A DNA stretch of 64,000 nucleotides from an uncultured Gemmatimonadales bacterium (lineage in GTDB: Bacteria > Gemmatimonadota > Gemmatimonadetes > Gemmatimonadales > Gemmatimonadaceae). The stretch spans positions 1,600,001-1,664,000 of the forward strand of contig CAWKMU010000003.1 of NCBI GenBank assembly GCA_963850905.1. The letters run 5' to 3'. Position 1 is the stretch's first letter. Each line of letters opens with the position of its first letter. The notes under the pieces are model-generated. The model had not been told where the DNA came from and searched no databases. It saw only the letters and a program-made list of their open reading frames with translations. Positions 58,251 to 64,000 of this stretch are shown piece after piece. The position numbers and the translations under genes were made by a program.

Positions 58251-58344
58251 CGGACGCGAAGCGTCCGTCGCCCCCGGTTGACGCATCTCGTGTCGCGCGA
58301 GAACTTTACGCTCCACTCTTCGCTCCAGAATTGCCGCGCAAATC

Positions 58345-59265
58345 GTGAGTTACATTCTGTACGCTGACGACCATGAGGACATGCGACTCATGGTGCGCGC
58401 CGTGCTGTCTTCGGCCGGACACGAAGTGGGGCTCGTCTCCGATGGTCGCGCCGCTCTGGCGGCCGTCCAGGAGCGCGAGCCCGACCTCCTGCTGCTCGAC
58501 GTCATGATGCCGGGAGTGAGCGGCCTTGATACCTGTCGGACGGTGAAGGCCAATCCCTTCACCGCCCGCATCCCGATCCTGATGCTCACGGGGGAGAGCC
58601 ACATCGACCGCAAGGTCGAGGGGTTCGAGGCGGGAGCCGATGACTATCTCGCCAAGCCATTCGACCCGCGGGAACTGCGTGCTCGCGTCAATGCGCTGCT
58701 TCGACTGGTGCGGCGGGAGGCCGACCGCAATCCCACCAGTGGCCTCCCGGGCGGACGGGCGATCGAGGAGGAGATTCTGCGGCGGGTGGCGGCCGAAGAA
58801 GCCTGCGCGGTGTGCTACCTGGACATCGACTACTTCAAGCCGTTCGCCGACACGTTCGGGTTTGCTGCTGCCGACGCGGTGATCCGAGGGACCGGCGCCG
58901 CGGTGGTGGATGCAGTTGCCGCTGCCGGAGACGCCAACGACTTCGTCGGCCATGTGGGCGGCGATGACTTTCTCGTCGTGACTCACACCGACCGGGCCGA
59001 AGCGGTCGTCCGCGAGAGTGCTCGTCGGTTCCGTGAGGTCATCGGCCGCGTGGTTGGATATGGCGCGCTGGAACGCGGGGCCTTCGACGGGGTCGATCGG
59101 GATGGCGTACCGCGTCATTTCCCGATTGCGCGGATGTCCGCTGCGGCCCTCTTCGTTCGTCCGGATTCGTGGATCTCCATCGGGCACTTGGGCGAACTGG
59201 CGGCCGAAGGGAAACGGCGCGCCAAGCAGCAGGGCGCAGGGACGATTCTCGTCAACGCCGTGTAG
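58345..59265 (+). CDS. Response regulator with a GGDEF-like domain (GGDDF variant)
   Basis: Receiver LLDVMMP, KPF; NPTSGLPG, YLDIDYFKPF, GHVGGDDF. Confidence 0.88.
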   Translation: MSYILYADDHEDMRLMVRAVLSSAGHEVGLVSDGRAALAAVQEREPDLLLLDVMMPGVSGLDTCRTVKANPFTARIPILMLTGESHIDRKVEGFEAGADDYLAKPFDPRELRARVNALLRLVRREADRNPTSGLPGGRAIEEEILRRVAAEEACAVCYLDIDYFKPFADTFGFAAADAVIRGTGAAVVDAVAAAGDANDFVGHVGGDDFLVVTHTDRAEAVVRESARRFREVIGRVVGYGALERGAFDGVDRDGVPRHFPIARMSAAALFVRPDSWISIGHLGELAAEGKRRAKQQGAGTILVNAV

Positions 59266-59271
59266 GCCGGC

Positions 59272-61639
59272 GTGCGACGCCCTAGTCCGCTGGGCGTGGA
59301 GATCCCATGTACGCGGCCTGAGCACCGGGCAAGCCCTGGGATACGGCCCCCAAGGCGCGCCTGCAACCGTGCTGGCTTCACGGTGCTCGCGTGTCTCGTT
59401 CTCGCGGTGCCGTCGCTGGTGAGCGCTCAGGAGCTCGCATGCGGCCCCGGAGACACCGAGGTCCGGCGCCTCATCTTCACGGGGAACAAGGCCTTTGAGG
59501 CCAGCCAGCTAGCGGACGCGATCGTGACGTCGCCGTCGAGTTGGATGGAGCGGAACCTCGGTTTCCTCGGTACCCGCCGGTGTCTCGATCGCGTTGAGTT
59601 TCCGCGGGATCGCCTGCGCCTGATCCTGTTCTACCGCAACAGCGGATTCCCCGACGTTCAGGTGGACACGACACTCCGGCCCGTGCGACCCGGAGTCGTC
59701 GATGTCGTCTTTGGGATTCACGAAGGGAAACCGATCCTGATCGATTCCCTGACTGTTGTCGGGCTCGACTCGTTGCCCCTTAAGGATCGAGGGCGCATTC
59801 GAGCACAATCTGCCAGTTCGCCGGGGCAGCCGCTTCGACAAGTACGCCATCGACGCCACCGTCGACACTTTGACAACGCGGCTGCGCAACAGCGGCTTCC
59901 CGTATGCGGAGGTGTTGAAGCGCGACTCGAGCAATTACGAAACGCACTCCGCAATGGTGCAGTTCGAGCTCGCGCCGGGCACTCGCGCGCGCATTGGTCG
60001 TGTGCTCGTAACGGTCTTTCCGCGCCGGGCCGGCGAGAAGCCCGGCGTGTCAGCCGGGGCAGTGGAAAGTGCCATGGGGATCAAGACGGGACACCTGTAT
60101 CGGTACAAGGACCTCGAGGCGGCACAACGGGCGCTGATTCAGACGGATGCCTTTCAGCACATTCGTGTCGCCATTGACAGCCAGCCGCCGCCGGGCAGCG
60201 TCGACTCGGTCGTCGACGTGCATGCCCAGGTCGTGGAAGGCTACATGCACGCCGCTCGCCTCGGCGGGGGGTGGGCAACCTTGGACTGCTTCCGCGCTCG
60301 CGGTGAGTACACCGACCGGGATTTTTTTGGGGGGCTCGACTTCGTGCGATTCAGCGCGAGCGTGACGAAAATCGGAATCGGCTATCCGTTTGGGTTCGCG
60401 CCCGGACTGTGTCCACAGGCCCGCAACGATATCTACAGCGACACACTCAACTACAGCCTGGCGGCGTCCATCGCTTCGCCAGTGCTGTTCGGCGCGCATC
60501 TCAACCCGACAGCGACGCTGTTCAGCTCGCGGTTGTCGGAGTACAACGCCTACGTGCGGTCGACGCCGATCGGGACGTCTCTGACGCTGACAAAGAGTCT
60601 CAGCCAGACGGTGTCGGTGCAACCGGAATATGAGTTCGAGTACGGGCGGACGACTGCGGAGCCCGCGCTGTACTGCGCCGTGTTCAACCTCTGCCAGCCA
60701 CAGGATTACACCCCGCTGCAAGACCTCCTGCCCTTCGCATATGCGGGCGTCATCGTGGTGCACGATCGCCGCGATAACCGCGACGACCCGCATTCGGGGA
60801 CATTGGTCCAGTCCGAGGTGCGGATAGGGTCCAGGTATTTGGGTTCCTCTCCCGAGCTGGAGTTCGACTGGGCGTCCGTCGATGCTGCCGGGTTCGTCGG
60901 GATGCCGAGCGGAGCGGTGCTTGGTCTCCGGCTCAGAGTCGGCGCCGTTGTCAGCCAGAGCAGCACCGATCCCGGCTTTATCCCTCCGCAGGAGCGCCTC
61001 TACGCGGGTGGCCCGACAACGGTGCGGGGCTTTGTGCAAAACCAGCTGGGTCCGCTCGTGTACATCCCCAACTCATCGACCGACACGCTGCCGCGCATGG
61101 TCCTGTCCAATGGCGACACCGTCTACCGCGTGAAGCCCGGCCCGCTGGGCGAACGGATCGTCCCCGAGGGCGGCAACTGGTCGATCGTCACCAATATCGA
61201 GTATCGATCGCCCCGATTCCTCCACGGCGTGCTCCAGTGGGCTGCATTCGTGGATGCCGGCCAGGTGTGGAACGGGAACGTGACCGATATTCACGGAGGG
61301 CTGTACTGGACGCCGGGCGTTGGCATTCGCGCGTTTACTCCGGTCGGGCCCATTCGGGTCGATATCGGGTACAACCCGTATGCACTGCCGACCGGCGCGG
61401 CCTACTTCAACGCCCCTGCCACGCCGCCTCTCGGCGTGCCCAACCACGTGCCCCTATACTGTGTGAGCCCCGACAACACGATCCCGGTCCATACCAGCTC
61501 GATCGTCTATCAAGGAACGGCTTATGAGATCCCCGAACAAACGCCGGGGTTTACGTGCCCCTCGACGTATCGGCCGGAGCAACCGACGGGTCTCTTTCAT
61601 CGGCTGGTCTTTAACATCTCCATCGGGCAAGCCTTCTAA
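59272..61639 (+). CDS. BamA/TamA (Omp85) family outer-membrane protein with one +1 frameshift near 59799 (start uncertain)
   Basis: Signal peptide, POTRA-like FTGNKAF and FYRNSGF, YAGGPTTVRGF lid motif, TPVGPIRVDIGY, C-terminal IGQAF. Confidence 0.88.
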
Positions 61640-61645
61640 CCACGC

Positions 61646-64000
61646 ATGATCCGACGCCGACTTGTCGTCGCCTTCAGCACCCTGCTGCTGTTGCTCGTGG
61701 CGCTCGTCGGCGTCGCGGGTGTGATCGCCATCACACAGACGTCGTGGGGACGGGCCAAGGTCCGGTCATTGGTGCTGGCCGAACTGCGGCGCGCACTGCA
61801 CGGCCGTGTCTATATCGGCACCCTGTCCGGCACGTTGTTCACGAACCTGACTCTGGACTCGCTGGAGATCAGGGATCCATCAGGTCAGGTCATGGTCGCG
61901 ACCGGGCGTATTCACGCCGAGTACGACCCGCGGGACCTGCTCGACCGCCGCATTCGCCTGCAGGATCTCGAGGTTGATCGGCCGTATTTCCGGCTGGTCC
62001 ATCACCACGATGGCACGATGAACCTGAGCCAGGTCTTCCCGCCGTCGCGGTCCAGGATCCGGGAGCCGGGCACGCGGGGATTTGGCGACTACATCGTTGC
62101 GAACAATGTCAGCATTCGCGGAGGGGCGTTCTACTTCAGCGAGCGCTGGTCTCCGGACGACTCCATCCACGGCGCGCGGCGCGACAGTGCGATCGCCGAA
62201 GCGCTTGCACGGCCCTACTTCGGCCTCGAGCGATGGCCCGAAGGCCTGATGCGTACGCTGTCGTGGAAGGGCGTAAACCTCGAGTCTCCGTATCTCCGGT
62301 TTGTCGATCCCGACAGCGCGGGCATGGCGTTTGAGCTCGCACGCCTCGACGCAGACGAGTTCTTTCCGCCGTTTCGCATTACGAATGCGCGCGGACGGGT
62401 CAGCATCGCGCACGATACGCTGCGAGGGGTGCTCCCTCACGCCGAGTTGCCGGGTAGCGTGGTGGCCGGTGGAGGGAAAGTCTGGTGGGATCCCGGGCGT
62501 CCGCCGGTGTATGCGCTCCATTTCGCCAGTGATTCGATCGCGCTCAGTGACATCGCGTGGGTCAACCCTGCACTGCCCCGGACAGGCGGCGGCCGGGCTG
62601 TCGTCGACATTCGCAGCGAGCGGACCAACCCGAGCATCGTCGACTTCATCATCAGCGATATGGATGTGCGGACGACCGACTCGCGAGTGAAGGGCGACAT
62701 GACGTTCGAGTCCGGGCGACCGGAGTTGGTGATCAAGAACGTCGCGCTCGAGACGTTGCCCGTCGACTTTGCGTTGATTCGCGTCTTTGCGGGTGGTCAA
62801 CCATTCCCGATCGATTGGGCGGGCCAATGGACGGGTCACGTGCGAGGTCCTGGAGGGCCGGTGTCCCGCTGGCGCGTCGATAGCGCCGACCTCACACTGC
62901 ACGATGCCCATGTGGCGGGCGCGGTGTCGCGCCTCGGTGGCTCAGGCGAGTTGGACATCGCCAATCCGGCCGTGCTGGCGTTCCACCACTTTCACCTGTC
63001 GCTCGATCGCCTGGACCTCCGGACGCTCCAGTATGTCCTGACGGAGTTCCCGCGCCTTCGCGGAATCGTGTCCGGCACGGCGACGCTCGATTCAGTATGG
63101 AACGACGTCCGATTCACCGACGCGGATGTGACGCTCACCGATGGCGACGCCGTGCCGAATCACGTGACTGGTGCGGGTCGGTTCACGCTGGGCGACACGG
63201 AGTCGCGGTACGACATGGCGCTCGAGGCGGGTCCCATCTCGTTTACCACGCTCGCTCGCACGTACACCGAACTGCCCCTCCGCGGGGAGTTCTCGGGTCC
63301 TGTGACGCTGCAGGGCACGCTCGGCGATCTCGATCTCACTGCTGATCTCGGTGGCCCGCCCGGAGCGTTCGCCCTCGACGGGCACTTCGATCTCACTCGG
63401 CCCGGTCTGTCGGGATCCGCCGCGCTGACCCTGTCGCACGTTGACTTCCAGTCGCTTCTCGCGGACAGCGCGCAGGCGCAGACCGATCTCTCCGGACGCG
63501 TCGACCTGGATGTGAAAGGCGATTCCCTGTCGGCGCTCGACGGTCCGATCAGCGCGACATTGGCGCGGTCGACAATTGGAAGCGTCCGCCTCGACACCGG
63601 TCGCTTCGTTGGGCGGTTCGGTGATGAGCGCCTGCGCGTCGACTCGCTCAGCGTGGACACCAGGCCTGGCGCCCTCACTGGTGCGGGAGGCTTGGCACTC
63701 GCAGCGTCGGCCCCGGACTCGCTACATCTCGCGTTTTCAACCGACTCGCTGGGTGGTCTCCGTTCGTATCTCATCGGCTCGTCGACCGACTCGGGTGAAC
63801 ATTCGCCGCTAACCGGCGCGTTGCGCCTGTCGGCGGTCGTCACCGGCTGGCTCGACTCGCTGGGGGTGTCGGGTACCGTCGGGGGCAGTGGCGTCCAGGC
63901 GAGCGGTGTGGTGGTCCGTGGACTGTCGGGCACCTTCAACGTCCCACATGTGAGCGGCCAAATGCCTCTCGGGACGGCGAATCTCGCCTTGGACGGGGCG
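61646..64000 (+). CDS. TamB/AsmA-like protein, runs off the window end (absent from the ORF track because it has no stop)
   Basis: ATG at 61646, MIRRRLVVAFSTLLLLLVALVGV N-terminal anchor then TQTSWGR; beta-rich frame that appears open to 64000, directly after the Omp85 gene. Confidence 0.8.
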   Translation, partial: MIRRRLVVAFSTLLLLLVALVGVAGVIAITQTSWGRAKVRSLVLAELRRALHGRVYIGTLSGTLFTNLTLDSLEIRDPSGQVMVATGRIHAEYDPRDLLDRRIRLQDLEVDRPYFRLVHHHDGTMNLSQVFPPSRSRIREPGTRGFGDYIVANNVSIRGGAFYFSERWSPDDSIHGARRDSAIAEALARPYFGLERWPEGLMRTLSWKGVNLESPYLRFVDPDSAGMAFELARLDADEFFPPFRITNARGRVSIAHDTLRGVLPHAELPGSVVAGGGKVWWDPGRPPVYALHFASDSIALSDIAWVNPALPRTGGGRAVVDIRSERTNPSIVDFIISDMDVRTTDSRVKGDMTFESGRPELVIKNVALETLPVDFALIRVFAGGQPFPIDWAGQWTGHVRGPGGPVSRWRVDSADLTLHDAHVAGAVSRLGGSGELDIANPAVLAFHHFHLSLDRLDLRTLQYVLTEFPRLRGIVSGTATLDSVWNDVRFTDADVTLTDGDAVPNHVTGAGRFTLGDTESRYDMALEAGPISFTTLARTYTELPLRGEFSGPVTLQGTLGDLDLTADLGGPPGAFALDGHFDLTRPGLSGSAALTLSHVDFQSLLADSAQAQTDLSGRVDLDVKGDSLSALDGPISATLARSTIGSVRLDTGRFVGRFGDERLRVDSLSVDTRPGALTGAGGLALAASAPDSLHLAFSTDSLGGLRSYLIGSSTDSGEHSPLTGALRLSAVVTGWLDSLGVSGTVGGSGVQASGVVVRGLSGTFNVPHVSGQMPLGTANLALDGA

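Overview
GC-rich bacterial chromosomal window with about 50 protein-coding genes and no rRNA, tRNA, CRISPR array, transposase or prophage gene that I can recognise. The gene content (two ADOP-type ABC permeases, a short RpoD-family sigma factor, a BamA/TamA-TamB pair, a Hanks kinase) suggests Gemmatimonadota or a similar lineage; this is inference. Housekeeping genes (gltA, mutY, glnA, ggt, dinB, ada, moeB, glcDEF, aroB, pduO) are mixed with accessory cell-envelope genes. The points of most interest are as follows. (1) An AhpC/TSA peroxiredoxin-like gene (23792-24379) that the ORF track truncates has an in-frame TGA at the redox-Cys position (RGDW-U-PFC) followed by a SECIS-like hairpin, so it is a probable selenoprotein. 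(2) A nested family of intergenic palindromic elements has inverted arms of 7-bp tandem repeats enclosing either a conserved hairpin core or one of two GTAG-type REP doublets. One doublet family has an invariant 130-bp span, and the arms supply stop codons to several neighbouring genes. (3) There is an uncharacterised OmpA plus two-lipoprotein locus. (4) Four genes show likely leaderless promoters. Seven frameshifts in four genes are all +1 and are most likely sequencing errors.
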